Assembly: GCA_963707915.1 (NCBI GenBank)
Contig: OY970178.1
Location: forward strand, 832,001 to 896,000
Source of the DNA: Candidatus Eiseniibacteriota bacterium
Lineage (GTDB): Bacteria > Eisenbacteria > RBG-16-71-46
Direction of reading: 5' to 3'
Length of the DNA stretch: 64,000 bases
The notes beneath the pieces are model-generated. The model had not been told where the DNA came from. It made no database searches and saw only the letters and a list, made by a program, of their open reading frames with translations. A program made the translations under genes and the position numbers. Below are positions 51,107 to 62,258 of this stretch, piece after piece. Numbering within the stretch: the stretch's first letter is position 1; every line of letters begins with the position of its first letter.

Positions 51107-52828
51107 CTAGCGCGAGCCGGGCCGCCCCGGCCGTCGCGCCGGGCGCCCGACTGTGCCCCCGCGCCCAGGGCCCCGCGCCCTTTGACCCGAACCGCCTCCC
51201 GCAGGACGACCGGGGCCACGCGCCGCAGGACGGCCGGCACCGCGGGCCGGCGGACGGCCCGCAGGACGCGCCGGCGGACGACCCGGCGGACGGCCGGGGC
51301 CACGCGCCGCAGGACGGCCGGCGCCGCGGGCCGGCGGACGGCCCGGACCACGCTCCGCCGGGCGCCCCGGGGAACGCGACGTAGGACGCCCCGCGCCGCG
51401 GGACGGTGGACGGCCCGGACCACGCTCCGCCGGGCGCCCCGGGGAACGCGACGTGGGACGCCCCGCGCCGCGGGACGGTGGACGGCCCGAAACACGCGCC
51501 GCGGGACGGCCGGCGCCACGCGTCGGCGGGCCCGCGGAATCCCTCGGCGTGAAACGGGCCGCGCCGCGCGGCGTCGGGCGGCCCGGACCGCGCGAGGGAG
51601 CGCCACCGGGGCCGCGCCCCGCGGGCCGGCCTCTCCCCGCCAGGTCACTCCGGCCTCCCGAACGCGACGGCGGGCGGGCCGGGCCGCGCGGCATCGCGCG
51701 ACCGGGACCGCGCGACGCGGAACGCCCCGAGCCCCGCGAGCCGAAGCGCTCGGAACGAGCCGGCCGTTCCCGGCGGGCCGGCGCGGGCCGATCCCCCGGG
51801 ACCGGTTCCGGCCGCTCCGTGCGGTGCGGGCGGTCGAGCCTCGCGTGCGACGACGCCAGCCGCTCCTCGCGGCTCGGGGCCCGGCGCTCGCCGGGCATCG
51901 GGCGCTCGAGGCTCGCGCGCGACGTCACGCGTCGCGCACCGGGTGGCGGCGGCGGAGACATCCCGCGGCCGGCCCTCGGCACCTCCCCGCCCGGGCGCGG
52001 GGCCATGCCCCCCTGCGCCTCCATCTTCTCGAGCCGCCGGGCGAGCCGGTAGGTGGCATCGCTCCCCGAGCGCGGGCTGAGGTAGTTCCCCTGGCCGCGC
52101 TGGCGCGGGCGGGCACAGGCCGCGCGCAACCGGCGCACTTCCTCCTCCGAGAGCTCCCGGAACACCCCGCGCTGCACCGGGCCCAGTCGCAGCGGCCCGT
52201 AGGCCGAGCGGTGCAGCGCCCTCACCGCCAGCCCGACCGCCTCGCACATCCGGCGGACCTGGCGGTAGCGGCCCTCGTGCAGCGCGACCTCGAGCAGCGC
52301 GTCGCCCGGCTCGTCGGCGAGCACGCGCACGCGCGCGGGAGCGCTGCGCACCCCGGGCTCGAACTCGACGCCCTCCTGCAACCGCCGCAGCGCCTCGGTC
52401 CCGGGCACGCGGTCGACGCGCACGCGGTAGACCTTCATCACGCCGTAGCGCGGGTGCATGAGCTTGTGCGCCAGCTCGCCGTCGTTGGTGAGGATGAGCA
52501 GCCCGCTGGTGTCCGCGTCCAGCCGGCCGACCGGGAACAGGCGCGGGCCGGGCGGCATGAACTCGCGGATCGTGCGCCGGCCCTCGGGATCGTCCAGCGT
52601 GGTGATCACCCCGACCGGCTTGTTGAGCACGAAGTGGCGCAGCGCGGCGGCGCCCGCCAGCGGCTGGTTGCGGACCGTGATCCGGTCGCGCTCGGGCTCG
52701 ATCTGCGTCCCCGGCTCGAGCACGACGCTGCCGTTCACCCGGACCGCGCCCGACTTGATGAGTTCGTCGCACTTGCGCCGGGCGCCCACCCCGCGCTGCG
52801 CCAGCAGCTTGTTGAGCCGGACGCTCAT
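51107..52828 (-). CDS. rluB: Pseudouridine synthase RluB/RsuA family with long R/G/P-rich tail
   Basis: S4 domain RLNKLLA..RRKCDELI; LNKPVG; VGRLDADTSGL; EGRYRQVRRM; follows scpB. Confidence 0.9.
   Translation of the reverse strand: MSVRLNKLLAQRGVGARRKCDELIKSGAVRVNGSVVLEPGTQIEPERDRITVRNQPLAGAAALRHFVLNKPVGVITTLDDPEGRRTIREFMPPGPRLFPVGRLDADTSGLLILTNDGELAHKLMHPRYGVMKVYRVRVDRVPGTEALRRLQEGVEFEPGVRSAPARVRVLADEPGDALLEVALHEGRYRQVRRMCEAVGLAVRALHRSAYGPLRLGPVQRGVFRELSEEEVRRLRAACARPRQRGQGNYLSPRSGSDATYRLARRLEKMEAQGGMAPRPGGEVPRAGRGMSPPPPPGARRVTSRASLERPMPGERRAPSREERLASSHARLDRPHRTERPEPVPGDRPAPARRERPARSERFGSRGSGRSASRGPGRAMPRGPARPPSRSGGRSDLAGRGRPAGRGPGGAPSRGPGRPTPRGAARFTPRDSAGPPTRGAGRPAARVSGRPPSRGAGRPTSRSPGRPAERGPGRPPSRGAGRPTSRSPGRPAERGPGRPPARGAGRPAARGPGRPPGRPPARPAGRPPARGAGRPAARGPGRPAGGGSGQRARGPGRGGTVGRPARRPGRPGSR
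51198..51595. repeat. Degenerate 24-bp coding repeat (RxxGRPxx) containing a near-identical 72-bp duplication
   Basis: 8-aa period in the RluB tail; 51340-51411 is nearly identical to 51412-51483. Confidence 0.85.
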
Positions 52829-53634
52829 TTCGGGTCCGCGGAGAGGCCGCGACGCGCGTCGGCCTCCGCTTCCGTCCCGGCCTCGTCGTCCGGCGGCGCG
52901 AGATCGCTCAGCGCCGGCTCGTCCGCCGGCGCGAAGTCGGTCGCGACCTGCAAGGCCGCCTGCGCCACCTCCGCGGGCCCCGCCGGCACGATCTCGTGGC
53001 GCGTGATCAGCTCGGGATGCGCGGCCTCGCTCGCGGCCAGGTCCGAAGCCACCTGCGAGACCACCTCGAGCTCCATCATGTCGAGCTGCTCGGGCTCGCG
53101 CGACGCGACCAGCGCCCGCAGCTCCTCGGGCCGCGGCAGCTCGGAGAGGTCCTTGAGGCCGAAGTACTCGAGGAACTCCTGCGTCGTGCCGTAGAGCAGC
53201 GGACGGCCGACCACCTTCGAGCGCCCGCGGATGGTGACCAGGTTGCGCTCGAGCAGCGTGGCGAGCACGGCGCTCGAGTCGACCCCGCGGATCGCCTCGA
53301 CCTCCGACTTCGTCACCGGCTGCTTGTAGGCGATGATCGCCATCGACTCGAGCGCCGCGCGCGAGAGCCGCATCTTGCGCTTGCCGCGCAGCATCCGCCC
53401 CACCCACTCCGCGTGCTCGGGGGTCGTGACCATCATCCAGCCGCCGGCGATCTCCCGCAGCTCGACGCCGGCGTCGCGCGCGGCGTACTGCTCGCCCAGG
53501 CGGTGCAGCGCCTCGGCGACCTCCTCCGGGCCGGCCTCGAGCGCTTCGCACAGCAGGGTGAGGGGCAGCGGCTGGTCGGACGAGAACAGCAGCGCCTCAA
53601 TCGCGGACTGGAGCTTCACGGGCGGCATGGGCAT
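52825..53634 (-). CDS. scpB: SMC-Scp complex subunit ScpB
   Basis: IEALLF, LSRAALESMAIIAYKQPVT, IRGVDS, GRPLLYGTT..FLEYFGL. Confidence 0.95.
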   Translation of the reverse strand: MPMPPVKLQSAIEALLFSSDQPLPLTLLCEALEAGPEEVAEALHRLGEQYAARDAGVELREIAGGWMMVTTPEHAEWVGRMLRGKRKMRLSRAALESMAIIAYKQPVTKSEVEAIRGVDSSAVLATLLERNLVTIRGRSKVVGRPLLYGTTQEFLEYFGLKDLSELPRPEELRALVASREPEQLDMMELEVVSQVASDLAASEAAHPELITRHEIVPAGPAEVAQAALQVATDFAPADEPALSDLAPPDDEAGTEAEADARRGLSADPK

Positions 53635-54520
53635 CACTTCCTTCCGGTGGCCGGTAGACGATCTGGATCTCGCCGAACCCCTCGGTCTGGACGACCGAGA
53701 CCCGGCCGAGCTTGATGAGTTCGAGCAGGGCGATGAAGACGACGATCATCTCGATCCGCACCCGGCAGCCGACGAGCAGCGACTCGAAGGTCAGCGTGCC
53801 CCGCTCGGCGGCCAGGCCGGCGATCCAGTGGATCTTGTCCTCGACATCGTACACCTCGCCCTGGACCTCGTAGACCGCGGCCTCGGGCAGCCGGGACATG
53901 ACCCGGTTGAGGGCGTCGATCAGGTCGAAGAGCGTGGCGGCGGCGAGCGGCAGCGGGCCCATCTCGTCGTCGCCCGGGACCATGCCGCGCTCGTGCAGCA
54001 GGCGGCGCTCGGCCTCGCGTTCCTTGAGGGTCCCGGCCGCCTCCTTGAACTGGCGGTACTCGATCAGCCGCTGGACCAGCTCCTCGCGCGGATCGCCCTC
54101 GTCCTCGTCCTCGCCCCCGATGCCCGGCAGCGGCAGCAGCATCTTGACCTTGATCCGCATGAGCGTCGCGGCCATCACCAGGAAGTCCCCCGCCACTTCG
54201 AGATCGAGGATGCGCATCAGCTCGAGGTAGCCCAGGTACTGCTGGGTGATGTGCGCGATCGGGATGTCGTAGATGTCGATCTCGTCGCGCTTGATGAGGT
54301 GGAGCAGCAGGTCGAGCGGCCCCTCGAAGCGCGCGAGCTTGATGGTGACCATCTGCCGGCCGCGCGGCCCCGTCGGATCGTCGCCGTCCCGCGGGGCCAC
54401 CGGCGCCGCAGCGGGCGCGACCCGCGCCGACGGCGAGTCCAGGGACGCGTCCGCCACGGCGTCCGCCAGCCCGGCGCGGGCCTCGGGCCCGTCCGGTCCG
54501 CGGCGCGCGCGCCGGCTCAC
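53597..54520 (-). CDS. scpA: Segregation and condensation protein ScpA (alternative start at 54352)
   Basis: FEGPLDLLLHLI, DIYDIPI, FLVMAATL, DPREELVQRL, FIALLEL. Confidence 0.95.
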   Translation of the reverse strand: MSRRARRGPDGPEARAGLADAVADASLDSPSARVAPAAAPVAPRDGDDPTGPRGRQMVTIKLARFEGPLDLLLHLIKRDEIDIYDIPIAHITQQYLGYLELMRILDLEVAGDFLVMAATLMRIKVKMLLPLPGIGGEDEDEGDPREELVQRLIEYRQFKEAAGTLKEREAERRLLHERGMVPGDDEMGPLPLAAATLFDLIDALNRVMSRLPEAAVYEVQGEVYDVEDKIHWIAGLAAERGTLTFESLLVGCRVRIEMIVVFIALLELIKLGRVSVVQTEGFGEIQIVYRPPEGSDAHAAREAPVRD

Positions 54521-55599
54521 CGGCCCTCCAGCCACGGCACCCGGAGCCGCATCGCTTCGCGCACCTCGGCCATGGTGGCCGCGGCGGTCGCCCGCGCACG
54601 CCGGTTCCCCTCGGCGACGATGTCGCGCACCCGGGCCGGGTCGGCCGCGTAGCGCTCGCGGCGCTCGCGGATCGGGGCCAGCGCGTCGCTCAACAGCTGC
54701 GCCAGCGCCTTCTTGTCCGGCACGCACGGCAGCTCGCCGGCGATGCACTTCCGCCGGATCTCCGCCACGCCGTCCGGGTTGAACTTGCGATGGTACTCGA
54801 ACACCACGCAGCCCGGGTGCAGCGGGCGCCCCTCCGCGTCCAGCTCGCTGAGGTCGGCCTCGGGGCGGCCCGGGTCCGTGGCCCGCGCCTTCTTCGGGTC
54901 GGTGTAGGCCTGGCGCACCTTGCGCACGATCTCCTCGGGCGTGTCGGTCAGCAGGATGGTGTTGCCCACCGACTTGCTCATGCGGTTGCCGTCGAGGCCG
55001 CGCAGGCGTGCGAAGGCGGTGAGCTGGGCCTCGGGCTCGGGGAACACCGGCTGGCCGGGCGGGCAGTAGAGGAAGTTGAAGCGCCGCGCCAGCTCGCGCG
55101 TCAGCTCGACGTGCGGCACCTGGTCCTCGCCCACCGGGACGTGCGTCGGCTTGTACAGCAGGATGTCCGCCGCCTGCAGGACCGAGTAGCCGAGGTGCCC
55201 GTAGGAGATGGTCTGCTCGTCGAGGTGCAGGTCGCGGATCTGCTCCTTCAGCGTCGGGATGCGCTCGAGCCGGGCCTTGCTCGCCAGCATCGAGAGCAGC
55301 AGGTGCAGCTCGGCGTGCTCCTTCACCTCGGACTGGATGAAGATGACGCTCTTCTCCGGGTCGAGCCCCGCCCCCAGCCAGTCGAGCACCATGTCGTAGA
55401 TGTCGTCCTGGAGCCGCGAGGTGTCCTCGTAGCCGGTCGTGAGCATGTGCCAGTCGGCCACCATGTGGTAGTTGCGCCAGCCGGCGTCCTGTTTCTGGAC
55501 CCAGTTCTCGAGCGCTCCGACGTAGTTGCCCAGGTGCATGCGCCCGGTCGGGCGCATGCCCGACAGGATGCGCCCCGTCTTCGCCGCGGCGCCGCTCAC
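54517..55599 (-). CDS. trpS: Tryptophan--tRNA ligase
   Basis: SGMRPTGRMHLGNY, LQAADIL, VPVGEDQ, RMSKS. Confidence 0.97.
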   Translation of the reverse strand: MSGAAAKTGRILSGMRPTGRMHLGNYVGALENWVQKQDAGWRNYHMVADWHMLTTGYEDTSRLQDDIYDMVLDWLGAGLDPEKSVIFIQSEVKEHAELHLLLSMLASKARLERIPTLKEQIRDLHLDEQTISYGHLGYSVLQAADILLYKPTHVPVGEDQVPHVELTRELARRFNFLYCPPGQPVFPEPEAQLTAFARLRGLDGNRMSKSVGNTILLTDTPEEIVRKVRQAYTDPKKARATDPGRPEADLSELDAEGRPLHPGCVVFEYHRKFNPDGVAEIRRKCIAGELPCVPDKKALAQLLSDALAPIRERRERYAADPARVRDIVAEGNRRARATAAATMAEVREAMRLRVPWLEGR

Positions 55600-56270
55600 A
55601 CCACCCCCGCGGACGGCAGCCCGAACAGGCCCAGGCAGGCGTTCACCGCGAACCGCAGCGGCGCGTAGAACAGCAGTTTCGAGGTGGCGTGCGACGAGAA
55701 CAGGAACATGACGAGTACGAGCCCCACGAAGCGGAAGCGGTTCAGCACGAGGACGTGCCGGAGCCGCAGGAAGCGCATCAGCACCCACGAGCCGTCGAGC
55801 GGCGGGATCGGGATCAGGTTGAAGAGCCCCAGGGCGCAGTTCCACACCACGCCGGCCAGCGCCATCTCGCGCAGCGGCGCGAAGAACCCGGTCCAGGAAC
55901 CCGGCGGGCCCGCCTCGGGGGCGAGCCGCGCCAGCGCGGCGAAGGCCAGCGCCAGCAACCCGTTCGCGGCCGGACCGGCCAGCGCCACCTTGACCGCGTC
56001 GTTGCGCGGGTCCCGCAGCCGGCGGTGGTCCACCGGCACCGGCTTGGCCCAGCCGAACAGGAACGGCGCGTGGAACAGGAAGAGCAGCGCCGGCAGGACG
56101 ATCGAGCCCATCAGGTCCACGTGCGGCAGCGGGTTCAGCGTGAGCCGCCCCCGCTCGCGCGCCGTCGGATCGCCGCACCACAGGGCCATCAGCCCGTGGG
56201 AGGCCTCGTGCGCGATGACGCTGAGCACGAAGACCGGCAGGATCAGGAAGATGGACGGGTCGAATTGCAC
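55596..56270 (-). CDS. Site-2 protease (peptidase M50)
   Basis: HEASH, GRLTLNPLPH, AGPAAN, FNLIPIPPLDG. Confidence 0.93.
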   Translation of the reverse strand: MQFDPSIFLILPVFVLSVIAHEASHGLMALWCGDPTARERGRLTLNPLPHVDLMGSIVLPALLFLFHAPFLFGWAKPVPVDHRRLRDPRNDAVKVALAGPAANGLLALAFAALARLAPEAGPPGSWTGFFAPLREMALAGVVWNCALGLFNLIPIPPLDGSWVLMRFLRLRHVLVLNRFRFVGLVLVMFLFSSHATSKLLFYAPLRFAVNACLGLFGLPSAGVV

Positions 56271-56420
56271 GGGACGGGCTCCGGACGCGGGAGATTCGAG
56301 AAGGTCCCGTCAGACTATCGGGATTGCCCCGTGGAATCAAGGCCGCCGAGGTTCAAGTAATGCATGAAGGCGCCGGCCGGGCCCCCCGCGGGACGCGGCC
56401 GGAAGCCCCCTGCCGCGCCG

Positions 56421-58205
56421 CTACTCGGGGCGGACCTTCACGACGACCAGCGTCAGATCGTCGTCCACGCCGTGCTCGCCCGCGTAGGCGGTGACCTCGT
56501 CCACCACGCCCTTGAGGATCTCCTGGGCCGTGCCCGCCGCGAGCCGCCGCAGGCAGCGTTCGAGCCGCTCGGTCCCGAACTGCTCGCCGGTGGGCGACTC
56601 GGCCTCGGAGACTCCGTCGGTGTAGAGCAGCAGCACGTCGCCCGGATGGAGCGCCACCGGGCGCTCCTCGTAGCGGGCGTCGGGCAGCACGCCCAGGGCC
56701 ACGCCGCCCTCGAGCAGGTACTGCGCGCGACCGTCCCCGCGCAGCAGCAGCGGCGGGTTGTGGCCCGCGTTGGAGAAGCTCAGGGAGCGGTTCTTCCAGT
56801 CCAGCACGCCGTAGAAGAGCGTGACGAACTTGTCGCGCTCGGTGCTCTCGTGCAGCAGCGTGTTCACCTTGCGCATGACCGCCCGCATGGTGAACTCGTT
56901 GCGGATCTCGGCCAGCAGGCTCATGCGGAAGCCCGCCATGATGAGGGCCGCCGGGATGCCCTTGCCCGAGACGTCGGCGATGGCGATGCCCAGCCGCGAG
57001 TCCGAGACGCGGATGAAGTCGAAGTAGTCGCCGCCCACCTCGTCGTGCGGCTGGGTGGCGCCCGCCAGATCGAATCCCGCCACCTCGGGCGCGCGCTTGG
57101 GCAGGAACGAGGCCTGGATCTCGCGCGCGATCGCCAGCTCCTTCTCCAGCCGCCGGCGGTCGAGCAGCTCGCGCGTCAGCCGCGCGCGCTCGATCGAGAC
57201 CGCCGCCTGCGAGGCGAACACCGCGAGCATCTCGAGGTGGCCCGCGTGGAATGCGTCCTCGCGGTCCGATTCGAGGTTGAACACGCCGATGGTGCGCCCC
57301 GCCAGCACCAGCGGGGCCGCCAGCTCCGAGCGCGTCTCGGCGCGGGCGCTGACGTAGCGCGGATCGCGGCGCACGTCGGGCACGATCACCGCCTCGCCGG
57401 TCTTCGCGACCCAGCCCACGATCCCCTCGCCCACCGACAGGCGGAACGCCTCGTCCGAGCCCGTGGGGTAGCCCGTGTCGCGCACCAGCTCGAGCCGCTG
57501 GGTCGAGCGGTTCACCAGGTAGATGGCCGCCGCCGCGTAGCGCACCACCTGGCGCAGCGAGCGGAAGATGGCCTCGAGGACCTCGTCCAGGTCGAGCGGC
57601 GCCGAGAGCGTCCGGGAGATCTCCAGCAGGACTTCCTTCTCGAGCGCGCGCCGCTCCGTCTCCTCGTAGAGCAGCGCGTTGTCGAGCGCGAAGGCCACGT
57701 GCTCGGAGGCGACGTCGAGGTGGTCGAAGTCGGCGTCGCTGAACGAGCCGCCCTGCCGGTCGAGGCACTCGATGGCGCCGAAGACCTCGCCGCGGCGGAA
57801 CAGCGGGATGACCAGCGCCGAGTGGAAGGGCTCGGTCACGCCCTTCAGGTCCGCCGGCGGCGCCTCGCCCGGCCCGAGCCGCAGCGAGCGCTCCTGGGCG
57901 ATGGCCCAGCCCGCCAGCCCCTCGCCGCGCGCCAGGCGCAACTCGCCCGCGATGCCGCCGTGCTCCTCGTCGAAGACGCGCGAGACCAGGCGCTCGCCGG
58001 CGCGCCGCGCCACCCAGATGTGCACCCGCCCGCACTCCACCAGGCGGCGCACGTGGCGGCTCGCCGCGCGCAGCAGGTCGTTCAGGTTGGCGTCGGACTG
58101 GAACGAGTCGCCGGCCGGCGTGCCGAGGACCGAGAGCGAACGCAGCGCGGCTTCGCGCTGGCCCTCATCGGGCTCGGCCGGATCGGTACGCGGGGCGTCG
58201 GACAT
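56421..58205 (-). CDS. GAF-GAF-SpoIIE (PP2C/RsbU-like) phosphatase
   Basis: Two GAF domains (GEGLAGW, GEGIVGW); VGGDYFD, ADVSGKG, NAGHNPP, YTDGV, DDLT. Confidence 0.92.
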   Translation of the reverse strand: MSDAPRTDPAEPDEGQREAALRSLSVLGTPAGDSFQSDANLNDLLRAASRHVRRLVECGRVHIWVARRAGERLVSRVFDEEHGGIAGELRLARGEGLAGWAIAQERSLRLGPGEAPPADLKGVTEPFHSALVIPLFRRGEVFGAIECLDRQGGSFSDADFDHLDVASEHVAFALDNALLYEETERRALEKEVLLEISRTLSAPLDLDEVLEAIFRSLRQVVRYAAAAIYLVNRSTQRLELVRDTGYPTGSDEAFRLSVGEGIVGWVAKTGEAVIVPDVRRDPRYVSARAETRSELAAPLVLAGRTIGVFNLESDREDAFHAGHLEMLAVFASQAAVSIERARLTRELLDRRRLEKELAIAREIQASFLPKRAPEVAGFDLAGATQPHDEVGGDYFDFIRVSDSRLGIAIADVSGKGIPAALIMAGFRMSLLAEIRNEFTMRAVMRKVNTLLHESTERDKFVTLFYGVLDWKNRSLSFSNAGHNPPLLLRGDGRAQYLLEGGVALGVLPDARYEERPVALHPGDVLLLYTDGVSEAESPTGEQFGTERLERCLRRLAAGTAQEILKGVVDEVTAYAGEHGVDDDLTLVVVKVRPE

Positions 58206-58383
58206 GGGCGGCGGACCCTAGCACGCGCCCGCCGGGGTCACAACGTGAGCGGCGCGGCGGGCGGGCGACGGCGCCCGGCGCTTGAGCCACGCCCGGCGCC
58301 GGGCTAGATTCGCGGGCGGGCCTCGCCGGCCGGGGCCCGCGTTCCTGCCTGCCACCCGTCGCCTGCCGCCCGCCGGAGGTCCC

Positions 58384-60237
<1,854 letters not shown>

Positions 60238-60265
60238 GCAGGACGGGCCCGCACCATTCAACGAC

Positions 60266-60296
60266 AAGTCCCACCAGCCTGCCGCCGGCGGGACTC
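60266..60296 (-). terminator. Stem-loop downstream of tRNA-Ala
   Basis: GAGTCCCGCCGGC-GGCAG-GCTGGTGGGACTT; 13-bp stem whose mismatches are all G-U wobbles on the minus strand. Confidence 0.6.
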
Positions 60297-60322
60297 GAGA
60301 CCGCTTCTACCTCAAGACCAAA

Positions 60323-60398
60323 TGGTGGAGCTGAACGGGATCGAACCGTCGACCTCTTGACTGCCAGTCAAGCGCTCTCCCAACTGAGCTACAGCCCC
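60323..60398 (-). tRNA. tRNA-Ala (GGC)
   Basis: GGGGCTGTAGCTCAGTTGGGAGAGCGCTTGACT-GGC-AGTCAAGAGGTCGACGGTTCGATCCCGTTCAGCTCCACCA; G3:U70 pair; encoded CCA. Confidence 0.98.
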
Positions 60399-60527
60399 AC
60401 ACGGTACGGGCGGAGTGAGTTTCTACCCCAGCCGCGCGCTCGCGTCAAACGCGGCCGGGGCGCGTCCCGGCGCCTCCCGGCGCCCTCCGGCCGCGCTCCC
60501 GGCCGCCCGGGCCGGGGTTCCCGCCGG

Positions 60528-60929
60528 CTACTTCTTCGCCCCGGCGCACTTCTTCGCGCTCGGGCAACCACCGCAGCCGGCGCCGCCCTTGCCGTCGGCC
60601 GCCATGACGCCGACCAGCTTCGCCTTCTTCGACACCGTGCTCACCGACTTGAGGATCTCCTCGGGGTTCGTGTGACGGTTGTCGAACGTGACGTTGAACG
60701 TCTTCTTGCCCGCGTCCATCTCGGCGAGCACGATCCCGGGTTTGTCGGCCAGGACCTTCGCCAGCTCCTGCAGCACGTTCCCCTTCGCCAGCTTGGGGAC
60801 GGAGAAGACGGCCACTTCCTGCGGGCCGGCGGCGTTCGACTGCTCGGTGGCCTGCTCGGCCGCGAGGGCAAGGCCGGCGGAGAACAGCAGGAAGACGAGG
60901 ACCGCGACGGACGCTCTCAGGCTGCGCAT
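60528..60929 (-). CDS. Exported HMA-fold protein lacking the CxxC loop, with C-terminal CGGCPSAKKC
   Basis: Signal peptide ending ALA; AVFSVPKL...PGI...FNVTFD...TNPEEIL pattern; SD GGAGG. Confidence 0.6.
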   Translation of the reverse strand: MRSLRASVAVLVFLLFSAGLALAAEQATEQSNAAGPQEVAVFSVPKLAKGNVLQELAKVLADKPGIVLAEMDAGKKTFNVTFDNRHTNPEEILKSVSTVSKKAKLVGVMAADGKGGAGCGGCPSAKKCAGAKK

Positions 60930-60975
60930 GGATGAACCTCCAGTGGTCAAAGGGGTCCGACTGCCGCCGGACATT

Positions 60976-61368
60976 CTAGCGGATTCCGCCCCCGTCCGGC
61001 GAGACGACCTCGAACTGGTGGAAACGGATCTGGCCGCTGGCCTCGTCCACCACCGGCCCCTCGATCGCCGCCCGCAGGGCCCGCGGGTCGGTGACCGCCG
61101 CGTCGTAGGTCACCCGCGCCTCGTTGCGCGAGGCGTAGGCGACGCAGCGCAGCACCCCGGGCTCGTCCGCGAACTGCCCGGCCAGCTGCCGGGCGGTGTC
61201 CACGCACTTGAGCCCGCGGACCACGAACCGGACCGTCTCCACCCGCGCGCCGGCAGCGGCGGCGTAGTCCCGCGTGAAGCTCGGCGCGGCCAGGAAGCGC
61301 GCGCTGCCGATGCCCAGCGCGGCCGCCAGGATCACCAGGGCCGGAACCACCCAGGGAGACACCCTCAT
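60976..61368 (-). CDS. Membrane-anchored HMA-fold protein (CxxT variant)
   Basis: N-terminal TM; VRFVVRGLKCVDTA...PGV...ARVTYD...LRAAIE. Confidence 0.65.
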   Translation of the reverse strand: MRVSPWVVPALVILAAALGIGSARFLAAPSFTRDYAAAAGARVETVRFVVRGLKCVDTARQLAGQFADEPGVLRCVAYASRNEARVTYDAAVTDPRALRAAIEGPVVDEASGQIRFHQFEVVSPDGGGIR

Positions 61369-62165
61369 GGCTTCGTGACCTCCAGGCGCAACTCGAGCGC
61401 GCCCGGCGCCGGGCAGGCGCTCGAGCACTCGAGGCAGAGCGTGCACTCGCCCGAGCGCACCTCGGCGCCACCCGCGACGTCGATGCCGTGCGGGCAGGCC
61501 TGGCTGCACGAGCGACAGGCGGTGCAGCGCGACTCCGAGCGCCGCAGGCGCAGCCGCCCCACCGCGGAGAACGGCCAGAGCGTGACGCCGAGCGGGCAGA
61601 GGTAGCGGCACCAGGCCATCGGAACGATCGCGCCGAGCGCGAGCACGGCGGCGAGCAGCGCGTAGCTCCAGAGCCGCACCTCTTCGCCGTGCGCGCTGGT
61701 CAGGATGTAGTACGGGTCGTAGCCGCGGAAGACCAGCTCGCCGGTCCGCCAGGTGAAGAACAGGACCACGCCGAGCACCGGGAGGCGCAGCCACCGCAGC
61801 GCGCGATCGGCGCGCGGCCCGGGCTCGAGCGGCGGCCGCGTGCCGGTCCGCCGCACCAGCCGGAAGATCCACTCGTTCAGCGAGCCGACCGGGCAGGCCC
61901 ACGAGCAGAACGCCTTGCGCGCGACCAGCGTGAGCCCCAACAGCGCCAGGAACAGCGCGAGGTTCAACTCCCCCGCCGCGCAGCTGAAGCTGCGGCGGGT
62001 CACGAACGACCAGGCCGTCTCCAGCCCGCCGAACGGGCAGTACTTCTCGACGCCGGCGAGCGACCAGCCCCGCGCGAGCCGCACGCCGGCCGTCACCGCC
62101 GCCGCGGCGACGCCGACCTGGGCGGCGAGGCGGACCAGCTGCAGAGCGGAGACGCGACGTGCCAT
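61365..62165 (-). CDS. 4Fe-4S-binding membrane polyferredoxin (NapH/MauN/YccM-like)
   Basis: CPFGG, FCSWACPVG, WCRYLCPLG, CTACRSCSQACP, CTLCLECSSACP. Confidence 0.9.
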   Translation of the reverse strand: MARRVSALQLVRLAAQVGVAAAAVTAGVRLARGWSLAGVEKYCPFGGLETAWSFVTRRSFSCAAGELNLALFLALLGLTLVARKAFCSWACPVGSLNEWIFRLVRRTGTRPPLEPGPRADRALRWLRLPVLGVVLFFTWRTGELVFRGYDPYYILTSAHGEEVRLWSYALLAAVLALGAIVPMAWCRYLCPLGVTLWPFSAVGRLRLRRSESRCTACRSCSQACPHGIDVAGGAEVRSGECTLCLECSSACPAPGALELRLEVTKP

Positions 62166-62258
62166 GGTGCGCGGGACGCTACGCGGGCCCGTTCGTGAGC
62201 GTCAAGCGCCCGCCGCCCGCCCGCGGGGCCACCGCCATCCGATCCGCGGCGGCCGGCA

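Noticed and set aside
52825..54520. scpAB without an adjacent smc
   Set aside because: smc is commonly unlinked; trpS-scpA-scpB-rluB is a widespread gene order.
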